Shown here: positions 45,002 to 55,370 of the stretch, in pieces
Layout of the letters: each line of letters opens with the position of its first letter
Position numbering within the stretch: the stretch's first letter is position 1
Origin: a virus
Virus record (IMG/VR): IMGVR_UViG_3300036985_005327
Span: 1-64,000 of that record
Length of the DNA stretch: 64,000 nt
Reading direction: 5' to 3' (one strand)
The notes under the pieces: model-generated
What the model was told of the DNA's origin: nothing
The model's input: only the letters and a program-made list of their open reading frames with translations
The model's database searches: none
Made by a program: the position numbers and the translations under genes

Positions 45002-47647
45002 ATGCCGACACCTATGTCTCCGGATGTTCAAGCGTATGGTCAGCTTCCTTCCGCTGAACAGGCTGAAGAGCTCTTTAAGCAAAAGTTCTCAAGCATGGCG
45101 TACAACGTTATGTTCGCTAAGTTTCCTGACTTAGCTCCACAAATCGTGACGTTTAAGCTGCTTGAAACCGACTCTGTAAAAGGGCGCGGTGTCGGTGCAT
45201 TCATCCTGATGCAAGACAACAAGCCTATCTACATTCCGGTGGTTATGAGCGACAGCCAGCTTAAGCCACTGGATGTTTTCTATTTCAAGGACCTCAACAT
45301 TTTCCTTCCCATGAACAAAGAGTGGCTGGAGGAAGTGTCGAAGATGTCGCTCGAAGAGATGGGTCAGCCCGCTGATATCCCGCAGGGCGTCCCGCGCGAC
45401 ATTGACATCCGTAACGTGGTTATGCCTCCATTTACGTCTTCAGGGCGTGTGGGTCTCGCTTCCGACATGGGTATCGACTTTCACGCGAAGGCCATGTTCA
45501 AAGAAGCCGAAAACAACAACTACGAAGTACACCCTCGGTTCTTGGAGTTCATTGGTGACGCCGCTCCTCGTTCGGTTCTTGACGGCGTAAAGATTGCGTT
45601 TGAGCGTCACCCTGTCCTTCTCCAGAAGCTGGCTCAGTTCCACGGGTCAACCGCAGTCGTTAACGCGTTCAAGCGCGGTAACGCCCGCACGGCAACCCAG
45701 ACTACAGTCCAGACAAAGACTGCTTCTTTGAACAAGGAAGGGTCTGTCCGTGTCTTTACCAAGACGGCGTCTGCGGCAGAGCTCAAAGAAGCTTTTGGCG
45801 AGAAGGCCGCTCAAGCCTATCAGGGTATCCTTCGTAATGGTGTCGCTACGCAGGACACCCGCAGAAGTATCGAGAAGGTAGCTCTCAAGATTGAGCACGA
45901 GCTCAAGCTCACCGAGCCGGGTCACACGGCTGGGTTCTACCGGCTCTACTTCATGGACGCTCCTCCAGACATCTACTACATCATTCCGAAGCCTAAGGGC
46001 TCTAGTTGTGACGGCAACAACGCCATTGCGAGTGACGACTACTACAGCTCTTACGGTGTCAGCCCGCGCCGTAACGCCACCGAATACCTTATCATCAACA
46101 AGGATGGTAAGAAGGTGTGGTGCAACACTCACGTTATGGGTGAGCACATCCAGGATGATGACTCCTCGCTGAACAGTTACAAGTGGATCAAGACGATCAT
46201 CCACGGTAACGCTCGTGGCTCGGCACCGTCTGTTCACGACTACGGCTTCTTCCTTTGCGCCGGTCCTGGTAAGCAGCCCCAGGCTACCAAGCCTTTCTGG
46301 GTTCACTCTATCGTTGAGACCAAGGGCATCAAGAAGATCATGGGTGGGTACTCGGACGGAACGAAGTACATCATCGATGACAACACGCAGCGCGAAACCA
46401 TTACGCAGGCTGCTAACGACACACTCATCATTCCGAAAGATGCGAAGTGGGTCGCTATTCAGACGAACGTCCGCGAAGAGGACAAGTACGAGCTGCGTAA
46501 CCACAGCCTGAGTAACATCACGGACGACCCGAAGATGGTTACCCATTGGCTCGACGCGAAACTCCAGGATGCGAAGGCCGAACCTGTCGAGGTTAAGAAG
46601 GCAGGCGTCGAGGAGTACTGGGTAGGAAATCATCCTCAAGCTCTTCACTACCCGAAGGCTGTTGAGAAGGTAGCGACTACCTACGGCATCTCTGTCGCGG
46701 ACGCCGCTGGGGTTCTTGTGGAAGTGGAACGCACTCGCTTCCCGTTCATGTACGTTCTTCCGATTTCTAAGCTGGCCTCCATCAATGAGATTTTGATGAA
46801 GGTTGCTCAGCCGGGAGCGGAAGGACCGATGCAGGGTCAGGGTCCGGCTCAGGGTGGTCAGCCCCCGATGGCCCCTGAAGGTGGTGGTGGTGCTCCGATG
46901 GACCCGTCGCAGCAGGGTATGGACCCATCCATGATGGGTATGGCCCCGCCGCCCGCACCGTCTCCGATGTCGCCTACTGACCTGGCTATCGCGGAAGCTG
47001 TCGATAAGCTGACGCAAGAAAACCAGGTTCGTATGCAGCAACTGCAAGACCAGATGCAGCAGCAGCAACAGACGCTGCAGCAGGAGTCGGACCAGAACAA
47101 CAAGCTGGTTACTCTGCTTCAGCAGATCCAGAGTCGTGCGAGTCAGATCACGCAGGCGACAGGCGGAATGATTCCGGCTGGAGCTGAGCAGTCTCCCGCT
47201 ACGGCCGCAAGGATGCTTGCTCCTGAGCCCGAGCCACAACCTGAGCCTCCTCCGACTCCGATGATGCCCGAGGGTAATGTGAATCCCCAAGCTGTTGCGG
47301 ACCAAATCAATCCCAACATGCTTGAGTCTGCCGGTGACCTTGGTAACGCTGGCGTCTTTGACCTCGCTACGATGTCGATGATGGCTGCGTCTCCTGTTCT
47401 CCACGAGATCATCTCGACGTACGTCCCGAACCTCGAGAAGGCAGTTGATAACCTCGGTCGTATCCTGCTGACCTTATGGATGCAGGAAGCCGAGGTTAAG
47501 CAGATGATTGGTGACCTCGAGTACACCACTCTCGAAGAGCGGCTTCGCACCGTCTTCAAGGGTCTCGGCGAGCTCGTCATCAAGATCAACCGAAACGCTG
47601 TCAACCCTGGTCAGATGTCGCAACAAGGGATGATGAATCAACAGTGA
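45002..47647 (+). CDS. Large head-associated protein with P/Q/M-rich and coiled-coil regions
   Basis: 881 aa; repeated KTAS/KVA/KLA; lies between RNAP and protease genes. Confidence 0.7.
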   Translation: MPTPMSPDVQAYGQLPSAEQAEELFKQKFSSMAYNVMFAKFPDLAPQIVTFKLLETDSVKGRGVGAFILMQDNKPIYIPVVMSDSQLKPLDVFYFKDLNIFLPMNKEWLEEVSKMSLEEMGQPADIPQGVPRDIDIRNVVMPPFTSSGRVGLASDMGIDFHAKAMFKEAENNNYEVHPRFLEFIGDAAPRSVLDGVKIAFERHPVLLQKLAQFHGSTAVVNAFKRGNARTATQTTVQTKTASLNKEGSVRVFTKTASAAELKEAFGEKAAQAYQGILRNGVATQDTRRSIEKVALKIEHELKLTEPGHTAGFYRLYFMDAPPDIYYIIPKPKGSSCDGNNAIASDDYYSSYGVSPRRNATEYLIINKDGKKVWCNTHVMGEHIQDDDSSLNSYKWIKTIIHGNARGSAPSVHDYGFFLCAGPGKQPQATKPFWVHSIVETKGIKKIMGGYSDGTKYIIDDNTQRETITQAANDTLIIPKDAKWVAIQTNVREEDKYELRNHSLSNITDDPKMVTHWLDAKLQDAKAEPVEVKKAGVEEYWVGNHPQALHYPKAVEKVATTYGISVADAAGVLVEVERTRFPFMYVLPISKLASINEILMKVAQPGAEGPMQGQGPAQGGQPPMAPEGGGGAPMDPSQQGMDPSMMGMAPPPAPSPMSPTDLAIAEAVDKLTQENQVRMQQLQDQMQQQQQTLQQESDQNNKLVTLLQQIQSRASQITQATGGMIPAGAEQSPATAARMLAPEPEPQPEPPPTPMMPEGNVNPQAVADQINPNMLESAGDLGNAGVFDLATMSMMAASPVLHEIISTYVPNLEKAVDNLGRILLTLWMQEAEVKQMIGDLEYTTLEERLRTVFKGLGELVIKINRNAVNPGQMSQQGMMNQQ

Positions 47648-48357
47648 AACACTGTGTCCCAGATCGGCGCTGGAAGCGTCTGAAGTATGCCTTAGCCCAA
47701 AAGAATGCGGATTCTATCCGTAACGATTCTTGGCTTTACGGCGTATATGAGGTGTCTGTTGGGTCTAAAACAGACGACAACGTCCAAGCAGCCTTAGATC
47801 TGGGAGACAGCGATTATCACCGAGATTGCATCATGGCTTTCCTGTTAAGCCGTTCTCCTGTTCAGGAGATATCCAAGTGTCTTGAGATTTCTGCGAGTAT
47901 CCTCGAGATATTCGAGAAACTTTTCTGTGACAAAAGTGAGATGCGGAACAAGTTGGACCACATCTTATTTGCTCGGGAGTACCAGAAGAACGTAGCTCAA
48001 GAAGAAGGACGTTGGCTGATTGACACTGGGCTTACGGGAGGACCTACGGTTCTTCAGGATCGTTTCTTACTAGGTCACGAAGAGCTCAACATAGACGTAC
48101 GCAGCGTTTCACGTCGCATGATTAACACTGCGTATACTATTGGTATGGTGGCTCGTGGAAACTCGTTAACGTCAGAGGTATCCAAGCAAGCTCTCAGATG
48201 GTTTGATAGCGTAACTAAGTTGCTTTCTGCTCATGAAAAACTGCGTATGGAAGAGATTGAAGAAAATATCGATGACGCAGTCATCGCGATTAAGCAACAG
48301 CAGTTGACGCATACGCCTGAAGAGTTGAAGATACTTCCTGAAAACATCATGCATTGA
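47644..48357 (+). CDS. Hypothetical protein
   Basis: GTGA overlap; 237 aa, helical composition. Confidence 0.65.
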   Translation: MKHCVPDRRWKRLKYALAQKNADSIRNDSWLYGVYEVSVGSKTDDNVQAALDLGDSDYHRDCIMAFLLSRSPVQEISKCLEISASILEIFEKLFCDKSEMRNKLDHILFAREYQKNVAQEEGRWLIDTGLTGGPTVLQDRFLLGHEELNIDVRSVSRRMINTAYTIGMVARGNSLTSEVSKQALRWFDSVTKLLSAHEKLRMEEIEENIDDAVIAIKQQQLTHTPEELKILPENIMH

Positions 48358-48366
48358 GAGGCACGC

Positions 48367-49275
48367 ATGTGGACAAGAGCTGAATACGATACCGCAGCGG
48401 AACAAATTGGTCGTGATTTTGCCGCTAGCGGCGGGCAATCGCGGATAAATGACCTGGCTACGAAAGTGGCTACGGAAAACAACTTGAACCCCGAGGGTAT
48501 CCAAACGCTGGTTCGCTTGGCGAATGTCGCTGCGTTTCAGGAACTCTTCACTAAGCGTGCCGGGTCGAATGACCGCATGATTGAGTTTGAAGTTGGCGAT
48601 CCTGACTTGGTTGTTAGCAACCTCTATTCCGAGGTCAAACAAGCGGCTGTTGCACAACAGAAGTACGCGTCTGTGTCTTCGTATGACCGCGCCATGGACT
48701 ACTACGGGGCTATGACCGTTAAAGTCGCGGAAGACGAGACGGATGAAACAGAAGAGCCCGAAGATGACAAAGCGACTCCCGTGTCTGAGGAGGAAACGGT
48801 TCTGGGCAAAAAAGTGGATGCACCAGACGCGACTCCGGAAGCGGCTCTTCTTGACAAGAGGGCTATGGCCAAGTTCAACGTCAAGCGGGCGCAAGAAGCG
48901 ATTGACGACGAGTCTCGTCGTCTTATGCACGAGTGGGGTATTGCTCTGGAGAAGGCTGCTCAGTCTGTTCGTGTCGTTTTTGGCAAGCCGACTTTCGACA
49001 AGCAAGCTTTTTACGCAGATGTCGTAGCTGACTTGGGTGTCAATGTCATTCCAGAGTTGAAGGCAGTCAACATGCTTAACGGCGGTGACGTTGACGAAAT
49101 CGACAGTGAGAAAATGGCAAGTGCTCCTGAGCATCGCGTTAGTACGCTCTCGCAGACGAAAGAGACAGCAGATATTCTTGCTTTGGTTAAGCAAGCTTCA
49201 GCGGCTCGACAGAAGCGGGAAGGGTACACCGCGTCCTTGACCTGGTTGAACGAAAAGATTGCGGAGCTGGCATAA
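48367..49275 (+). CDS. Hypothetical head protein, K-x-A rich
   Basis: GAGG RBS; KVA, KQA, KYA, KMA and KIA motifs. Confidence 0.7.
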   Translation: MWTRAEYDTAAEQIGRDFAASGGQSRINDLATKVATENNLNPEGIQTLVRLANVAAFQELFTKRAGSNDRMIEFEVGDPDLVVSNLYSEVKQAAVAQQKYASVSSYDRAMDYYGAMTVKVAEDETDETEEPEDDKATPVSEEETVLGKKVDAPDATPEAALLDKRAMAKFNVKRAQEAIDDESRRLMHEWGIALEKAAQSVRVVFGKPTFDKQAFYADVVADLGVNVIPELKAVNMLNGGDVDEIDSEKMASAPEHRVSTLSQTKETADILALVKQASAARQKREGYTASLTWLNEKIAELA

Positions 49276-49277
49276 TC

Positions 49278-49940
49278 ATGGGCCTCTTAAAAGGAGTCCT
49301 AAATTTTCCTCGTAAGCACCCTGTGGCAGCACTAGGTGTCGCGGGTACTGCAGCATCCTTATCTCCTGTTATGACTGAAGGAGGTAAATTGGAGGAAGAA
49401 TCAATGAAGGGTTACACCGGTACTCCTGGCGGTAAGTACGTGTACGCCGAGCTTGAGGCTGTTGAAGAGCGCAAAGCCTTTCTCGAGAAGAAGGTCGCGT
49501 TTGAGAAAGACGCATTTACGCCTACTGTACCGAGAACCTTTGGTAGTCAACTTACCGAAGGTCTTGGAATGGGCATCGGTAAGTCTGTGGGTCAGGCAGG
49601 CGTAGACATTATTCGCGCTCTCGTTACCGGCGTAGGTAACTCTGCTCGTTTAGGCCCCGCGACGTTGAGCCAGCAACAGAAGATGCTGGTTGCCAGGATC
49701 ATCCAGAGCGACCCAATGCTCCACACCTTCGACGCTGAGAGTCCGGGTACGTTGGAGCACGCATACACCACGATGGTGCGAACCGCTCCGCATGTCTCGG
49801 AAGACCCGAACGTAGTGCTCTCGTTCCTGCGTGAAGCTTCTCAGACAGGTGGTACGATCAACTACATGACCATGAAGCATCTCGCAGAAGCTGAGAAAGC
49901 TTTTATGGAAGCACGTAACGCCACGCGCCCGTGGTTCTAA
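49278..49940 (+). CDS. Hypothetical virion protein
   Basis: 220 aa in operon; G/A-rich amphipathic segments. Confidence 0.65.
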   Translation: MGLLKGVLNFPRKHPVAALGVAGTAASLSPVMTEGGKLEEESMKGYTGTPGGKYVYAELEAVEERKAFLEKKVAFEKDAFTPTVPRTFGSQLTEGLGMGIGKSVGQAGVDIIRALVTGVGNSARLGPATLSQQQKMLVARIIQSDPMLHTFDAESPGTLEHAYTTMVRTAPHVSEDPNVVLSFLREASQTGGTINYMTMKHLAEAEKAFMEARNATRPWF

Positions 49941-49951
49941 AAGGTGAAGTC

Positions 49952-50167
49952 ATGACATACGAAGAACTCGACGCTGTTGTTCCTGAGAATGTGAAGCAGG
50001 CATACCTCAATCACCAAGTGCACAAACTTGCTGAGGAGCGTACAGGTCTGACTGATTTCAGCTTTGGGTCTATCGCTCGTTACATGGGTGAGAAGATTGC
50101 TTCTCGCCAGATGAGCCACAGTATCATCCAGGATGGTTTGACGGCACTCAAGATGCTGCGAGGTTAA
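49952..50167 (+). CDS. Small hypothetical protein
   Basis: AAGGTG RBS; KQA, KLA and KIA motifs. Confidence 0.6.
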   Translation: MTYEELDAVVPENVKQAYLNHQVHKLAEERTGLTDFSFGSIARYMGEKIASRQMSHSIIQDGLTALKMLRG

Positions 50168-50169
50168 CT

Positions 50170-50580
50170 ATGCACCTTGAACTCTTTACGCACGAGATTT
50201 CCAATGCGGTTAAGAGCCATGGTCTCTACGAAGAGGTCGCGGTTAAGACGGCGTCGGAAGAGCAGTGCATCGTTGTGGAAGAAGAGAACCCCAAGATCGC
50301 CCACGTCGTTATCGATGCTATCCGAACGGAAGCAAGGGTTCATGGGCATACTGGGGTTCCGGGGGTTGTGGGGTTCGTTACGAAGATGGCAGCGTTTAAG
50401 CGTGAAGAGCCTTTGACGAATGTGGAGCAGCTCAAGGTCGCCGCCGCTCTGACCGTTGACGACGCTCTGACGCAAGCCATTTGCGACGAGAAACTCACTG
50501 ACAATTCACGGTTGAAGCTCGCGCACACAAGAACGTACGGTAGGGAAGTTTTCATGGAGATCCTCCGAGGGATTCTCTGA
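50170..50580 (+). CDS. Hypothetical protein
   Basis: GAGG RBS; KTA, KIA, KMA, KVA and KLA motifs. Confidence 0.65.
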   Translation: MHLELFTHEISNAVKSHGLYEEVAVKTASEEQCIVVEEENPKIAHVVIDAIRTEARVHGHTGVPGVVGFVTKMAAFKREEPLTNVEQLKVAAALTVDDALTQAICDEKLTDNSRLKLAHTRTYGREVFMEILRGIL

Positions 50581-50587
50581 GGACTAG

Positions 50588-53500
50588 ATGCAAAAGATCA
50601 TTCATCTTGACGAGTACTTTGCTACGGGTGAAGCCACAGTACAGCCGGTGCTATTGTGGGCAAACAACCGAGCTTGCTACGAGAACATAACGAAGCACGC
50701 CAGTGTAGGTAACGAGTACTTCAAGACGATTCAGCCGGTTCCGGGTCACAGCTTTGTTTATGTTTTGGCTGTGAGCGACTGGGAGCATTACGCTGAGAAT
50801 CGTAACGGAGACGGATTCCCAAATGCACCATACAAGCCAATGGCGAGTCCTCCGTGGATCAGCCAGGCTGAGACTCTGTCGAATTGGCATCACACGTTTG
50901 AGTCAGGAAACAACTTCAGGCATCACTGCTTTACGGGGGAAACTCCTATTTTGATGGGAGATAGAACCCGTAAGCCCATTGAGGACGTCGTAGCTGGTGA
51001 CACGGTTATGACCCTTGAAGGGGCCAAAAAAGTAGTGGACGTCATGAAGCGTGAGTACGCTGGAGACGGACTATCAATTCGTTTGCACGGTAATTACACG
51101 CGAATTGACTGCACTACAGACCACCCCGTCCTGGTATACCGTCGCGACCAGGTTCATTGTCTGCATGGGTACCTTCGACTTGGCGGTATCGTCTGTAAGA
51201 AAGTATCTTGCCGAGACCTGACTACCGATATCGGTGAACCCAAGTGGATTCCTGCGTCTGAAATTATGGTGGGGGATTACGCGGTATTTCCCAAACCAGA
51301 ATTAGGAACGAAAAAAGTACCGGAGGCGTTTGCTCGTTTGATTGGCTGGGTAGCGTCTGACGGTTGTCTAGGAAAACACGGAGATATTCAGTTTACGTTT
51401 TCTTCGGAAAATACATTCAAGATAGACGCGGTAACTCAGTGTTTAAAAGATAACGGACTAGACACAGGAATGTATCCATCAAAACTGTACGAGCGTGTTC
51501 TTCTTTCTATAACAAAGAAAGAGGTAGCAGACGAGCTGGCTAAGTATGTTACAGGCAAGAAGGCAGAGAAGAGACTTACACCTGAAGTATTTAAGCTAGA
51601 CGCTGAGAGTGTGCTGCATGTCCTAGGGGCATTCTGTGACGGCGACGGTCACGTAGCGCGTACGAACAGAAATCTGGGGCAGTTGCGTATACGCTCTGCA
51701 TCAGAAAGTATGTTATACGTTTTGCACGATCTCATTAGAGCCTTAGGTATTCCTGCAACGGTACAGTGGGACGGTTTTGCACACGACTTTGAAAGTCCTC
51801 TTGAAGGATACGGGACGTACCACAGTGAGGGTTCTGGAGTCGTAGCTGTGTCGAAGGGCTACGCGGCTGAAGTGTTAGTTAATAGTGATAGGCACAAGAA
51901 CTTACCTGAGCCAGGACGTAAAAACACAATTCGTATTTCGGGGTCGCACTTTTTAGTCCCAGTGACGGACGTGGAAGAAATCACTTTGGATACGGAAGTG
52001 TTCAATCTCGAAGTTGAAGACGTGCACCACTACGTCGCCAATGGTATTGTGGTTCACAATTGTAATAAAGACCCTGAAAAACGCGTAGGCAAAGTGGTCA
52101 AGTCGTTTTGGAACGACACCATGCACCGCGTTGAGTTGTTGATTGACCTCGACAACGAGAAGGCTCCTGACCTTGCCGCCCGTATTGCTGCCGGGGAATT
52201 TCCTCCGGTAAGTATGGGTACGAAAGTATCGTGGGACGTTTGTTCTGTGTGCGGCAACAGAGCCCCTACTCGTGCTCAGTATTGTGACCACCTGCGCTTC
52301 CAGATGCGTGGGGTCATAAACGGAGTGAAGGTAGCGGCTCTTAACCCAAGCCCAAAGTTCTTTGACATCTCTTGGGTTGTGCGCCCAGCCGACCCGACTG
52401 CGTATATGATGAAAAAAGTAGCGAATGGCGTTCCATATGAGCTCATTTCCGGCGTAAAGGCCGGTGAATATTTAGACCTCATGGACGAACGTAAGCTAGC
52501 GGCGCACAAAATAGCCGTGATAGATAAGGTCGTCCAAGGAATTTCTTTGGACGCAAAGACTGAGAATGTAGACCCCACAGAGCTTGGCAACATACAACGT
52601 ATGCGTAGTCAAGTTCTCGATATGGGTGGAAACGTTCCGGTAATTCCAGACGAGACTCTGCATCATCTTTCGAGCTTCCCGTTGGAAAAGACGCTGTCGT
52701 CTGCGTTCTCCGGTGGAATGCTCTTGAAGACTCCTGAGTTGACTAAGCTCGTCTTCTTCAAGTCGTACCCTAAGCATCACCCAGAGGAAAGTTGGATTGA
52801 TAAGTCCGTAGGGCTACAAGGCCCCATCATGGAGCTCATCTCGGAACACCCACAGATTCTCGATTCTTTTGAGAATGCAGACATCTTTAACGTAAACAAA
52901 GATTCTGTGGACCCAAAGATTCTTGAGGTCTTATCCCCGTACTTTGAGAAGACTTCAGGGATGGGTGACTATCTCAAGAGAAACATTGTCCCAGAGAAGT
53001 ACAGAGACGAAGGAGAGTTCACCACTCCGTTGACGATTACTGACCCAGCAACGGGCCAGCAGTATCGGACAACACGTGGTGCAGCTATTCGTGCCCATGA
53101 TGAAGTGGCCAAGAGAAATCTTTACAAGACCGTTGGCGGTGCTGCTCTTTTGGGCGGTACTTACAAAGTTTTGGGCTCGGGTCTCAGCAGCAAGGGTCTT
53201 GGGGCATTAAAGCCTCTTGTTGGAGGTACTTTAGCTGCGGCTGGTCTTTCTCATCTTCCGTCTATGGGCAACCACTACATGACTGACCAGGGGGTTCCAA
53301 TCTCCACAGTCACAGAGTTGTCAAAAACCTCGTCATTAGCTCTTCCTCTGTTTGGTACTTTGGGTCTGATGACGTTGCTCAGCAGCGACTATAAGTCTCG
53401 AATGGCTCGTGGTGAACCTGTTGGGCATCCGGGTCTTCCTTTGGGGCGTCGTCTTTTGGACCAAGCTGGTGAGTTCACAAACGAGCACCCCATTGCAAGT

Positions 53501-53770
53501 GCTGCAGTTGGTATGGCAGGGCTTCATACTTTAGGTAACAGCTTGGCGGGACGCGCGGCCAATAAACAGATTATTGAGCCTGGAGCTAAGTATCTTCGTC
53601 AGGGGTCTGAAGCAGCGGGTAACTGGCTCAAGCGTATGGCGGACGGAACAACAAAACTTTCGGCTATGCTCGATGACTTGTTACCTCAGCCAACGGACAC
53701 TGTTATGCTTCCTAGTCTAGACATCGAAAAAATTGCCGAGAGAATCGGTGAACTCATCGTCGAGGGCTAA
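50588..53770 (+). CDS. Prohead (capsid maturation) protease with intein and long C-terminal extension
   Basis: Spliced product reads NRNGDGF..FRHH|CNKD..VSMG..CSVCGN..CDH..FFDISWVVRPAD, an HK97/assemblin-type protease pattern; upstream of the MCP. Confidence 0.78.
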   Translation: MQKIIHLDEYFATGEATVQPVLLWANNRACYENITKHASVGNEYFKTIQPVPGHSFVYVLAVSDWEHYAENRNGDGFPNAPYKPMASPPWISQAETLSNWHHTFESGNNFRHHCFTGETPILMGDRTRKPIEDVVAGDTVMTLEGAKKVVDVMKREYAGDGLSIRLHGNYTRIDCTTDHPVLVYRRDQVHCLHGYLRLGGIVCKKVSCRDLTTDIGEPKWIPASEIMVGDYAVFPKPELGTKKVPEAFARLIGWVASDGCLGKHGDIQFTFSSENTFKIDAVTQCLKDNGLDTGMYPSKLYERVLLSITKKEVADELAKYVTGKKAEKRLTPEVFKLDAESVLHVLGAFCDGDGHVARTNRNLGQLRIRSASESMLYVLHDLIRALGIPATVQWDGFAHDFESPLEGYGTYHSEGSGVVAVSKGYAAEVLVNSDRHKNLPEPGRKNTIRISGSHFLVPVTDVEEITLDTEVFNLEVEDVHHYVANGIVVHNCNKDPEKRVGKVVKSFWNDTMHRVELLIDLDNEKAPDLAARIAAGEFPPVSMGTKVSWDVCSVCGNRAPTRAQYCDHLRFQMRGVINGVKVAALNPSPKFFDISWVVRPADPTAYMMKKVANGVPYELISGVKAGEYLDLMDERKLAAHKIAVIDKVVQGISLDAKTENVDPTELGNIQRMRSQVLDMGGNVPVIPDETLHHLSSFPLEKTLSSAFSGGMLLKTPELTKLVFFKSYPKHHPEESWIDKSVGLQGPIMELISEHPQILDSFENADIFNVNKDSVDPKILEVLSPYFEKTSGMGDYLKRNIVPEKYRDEGEFTTPLTITDPATGQQYRTTRGAAIRAHDEVAKRNLYKTVGGAALLGGTYKVLGSGLSSKGLGALKPLVGGTLAAAGLSHLPSMGNHYMTDQGVPISTVTELSKTSSLALPLFGTLGLMTLLSSDYKSRMARGEPVGHPGLPLGRRLLDQAGEFTNEHPIASAAVGMAGLHTLGNSLAGRAANKQIIEPGAKYLRQGSEAAGNWLKRMADGTTKLSAMLDDLLPQPTDTVMLPSLDIEKIAERIGELIVEG
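50927..52060 (+). mobile_element. Intein 3 (378 aa) with LAGLIDADG endonuclease
   Basis: CFTGETPI start, TTDHP block B, LIGWVASDG and LGAFCDGDG, VFNLEV..GIVVHN end followed by Cys. Confidence 0.93.
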
Positions 53771-53774
53771 TCCC

Positions 53775-53803
53775 TTGATATGAACCCGTAGCCACCCTAG
53801 TAT
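53775..53803 (+). promoter_or_regulatory. Sigma70-like promoter candidate
   Basis: TTGATA-17 nt-TAGTAT in the intergenic gap before the scaffold/capsid cluster. Confidence 0.4.
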
Positions 53804-53835
53804 TTGGGTTGGCACCTAACAACTGTGAGGAAAAC

Positions 53836-54420
53836 ATGAATTTCGAAACATTGATGCAGCAGGTTAGCGGGACCGCTACCGAGAAAACCGCCAACGATAC
53901 TTCGGTTCAGACCAGCACGAAAACCGCAACTGAAGCTGCGCAGGAAGCCCTCAAGGCTTCTCTGCAGCGTGTCATTGCTCAAGAGAAGACCGCGTCGGCT
54001 GACTCTGATCCAGTCGAAGCCCTCATCAAGGAAGCGCAGAGACTGGCCGACGACGCGAAGACCGGCGAGCTCATGCACATTCGTATGATGGGAACCGCGT
54101 TCGCGGACGCCGCTTCTGAGACCTGGAATCGCAACACTACGCAGAAGATGGCGTCAGCTCAGCCGGTAGAGAATACCTACGAGAAGACCGCCGCCGAGGA
54201 GCAGGCCATGCTGCAGCAAGCTGCGAACAAGGGCTACACCGACACGATGACGAAGGTTGCGATGGAAGCCGGTTACAACGCCACGATGGAGAAGGTTGCT
54301 GCTGAGCAATACCAGTCTGGTCAGAACGAAGCTCTGGAGCAAGTACGTGAAGCTGCTGCCCGTGAGTTCTTCAAGGGCGCTCGAGAAGTCGATGTCCTTC
54401 TTTCCCAGATGAATCGTTAA
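53836..54420 (+). CDS. Scaffold-like head protein
   Basis: A/E/Q/T-rich, helical; 9 of 12 Lys are in K-x-A; between protease and MCP. Confidence 0.65.
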   Translation: MNFETLMQQVSGTATEKTANDTSVQTSTKTATEAAQEALKASLQRVIAQEKTASADSDPVEALIKEAQRLADDAKTGELMHIRMMGTAFADAASETWNRNTTQKMASAQPVENTYEKTAAEEQAMLQQAANKGYTDTMTKVAMEAGYNATMEKVAAEQYQSGQNEALEQVREAAAREFFKGAREVDVLLSQMNR

Positions 54421-54439
54421 CGTCGAAGGAGGTGTGACA

Positions 54440-54604
54440 ATGTTCTTCGACGCCAAGACGAGAACTGAATATGGGATGCTGTTCAAGCAGGCTACAAATA
54501 CACTCTGTCCTTCTTACGGCGTAAAGAAGGAAGAGGGTCCTTGTAGTAGCGAAAAGCCGATGAAGAAGGACAAAAAAGATGAGACAGAGCCTGCCAAACG
54601 TTGA
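54440..54604 (+). CDS. Small hypothetical protein (54 aa, not in ORF track)
   Basis: AAGGAGGTG RBS; MFFDAKTRTEYGMLFKQA...; fills an operon gap. Confidence 0.55.
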   Translation: MFFDAKTRTEYGMLFKQATNTLCPSYGVKKEEGPCSSEKPMKKDKKDETEPAKR

Positions 54605-54803
54605 CGAACTCGTCGCGAATATCCAGCGCCAAGCTTTGGCTGAGTCAGCCCGTGCTAGCATGGAGAAAGTCGCTGATGAAGAACGCACGATGACCGAAGT
54701 AGGTAAGCTCTTGCGCAAACTGGCATCGGACATTCGGAATGAGGACTCCACCCAAGTTACGCTCAACGACGTGCTCGACTTCACGAGCCGGTTTGGGAGG
54801 TAA
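54579..54803 (+). CDS. Small head protein
   Basis: EKVA and RKLAS motifs; helical. Confidence 0.6.
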   Translation: MRQSLPNVDELVANIQRQALAESARASMEKVADEERTMTEVGKLLRKLASDIRNEDSTQVTLNDVLDFTSRFGR

Positions 54804-54808
54804 TCCCC

Positions 54809-54982
54809 ATGACAAATCCCGCACAGTTTGCTGCAGAGCTTCGGAAGATTGCTTCAGAGCTACGAGGTCAGGCTGAAGTCACTGAAAAAGCGAAGACAGA
54901 AAAAATCGCAAAAATTTTAGTGGCAGCACGCGGACTTTCAGAACTGAAGCGTATACTTTCCAGTGAGACGACTGGAAGGTAG
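54809..54982 (+). CDS. Small hypothetical protein (57 aa, not in ORF track)
   Basis: GGGAGGT RBS; MTNPAQFAAELRKIAS..EKIAK. Confidence 0.6.
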   Translation: MTNPAQFAAELRKIASELRGQAEVTEKAKTEKIAKILVAARGLSELKRILSSETTGR

Positions 54983-54992
54983 AGGAAAGAAT

Positions 54993-55331
54993 ATGAATAG
55001 GAACCTCATCGCAGATGTTCTCGAGAAAGCCGCGTCGTACTTCGACGAGGTCAGCCGCGAGCAAGAGAACACCGTCAAAGAGGCTCGTGAGAAAGAGGCT
55101 TCTCGGCTTCAGGAGAAGCTGTCGTCTTTCTTAGGTGAGAATATTGACGTAGCTGTTCTGCGTAAGCTGGCTTCGGCGGGTCCCGAGGTCGCTGGCTTGA
55201 TCGAGAAAATTGCTGGGTCGGCATTAACGGATAGCCTCGGTGGTCCGGACAATACCGTACGCGTTAAGACAGCAAGCACTCACAGTGGTAGCCCCGCTGC
55301 GGAGAGCTTTACAAACTGGCTAATGTCCTGA
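54993..55331 (+). CDS. Small scaffold-like head protein
   Basis: GAGGA RBS; 6 of 7 Lys are in K-x-A. Confidence 0.65.
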   Translation: MNRNLIADVLEKAASYFDEVSREQENTVKEAREKEASRLQEKLSSFLGENIDVAVLRKLASAGPEVAGLIEKIAGSALTDSLGGPDNTVRVKTASTHSGSPAAESFTNWLMS

Positions 55332-55370
55332 CCCACTAGTGTGGGCAGGTAGCTTGAAAGGAAAAGAAAG

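Noticed and set aside
45647-47404. 585 aa minus-strand ORF, and similar ones at 55790-56827 and 61159-62334
   Set aside because: Antisense shadows of strongly codon-biased plus-strand genes, with no recognisable motifs.
54491-54549. Long hairpin whose apex TACGGCGTAAAG matches the loop of the 21566-21620 terminator
   Set aside because: It lies inside a small ORF with a strong RBS, where it encodes Y-G-V-K. TACGGCGTA also recurs in other coding regions, so chance is likely.
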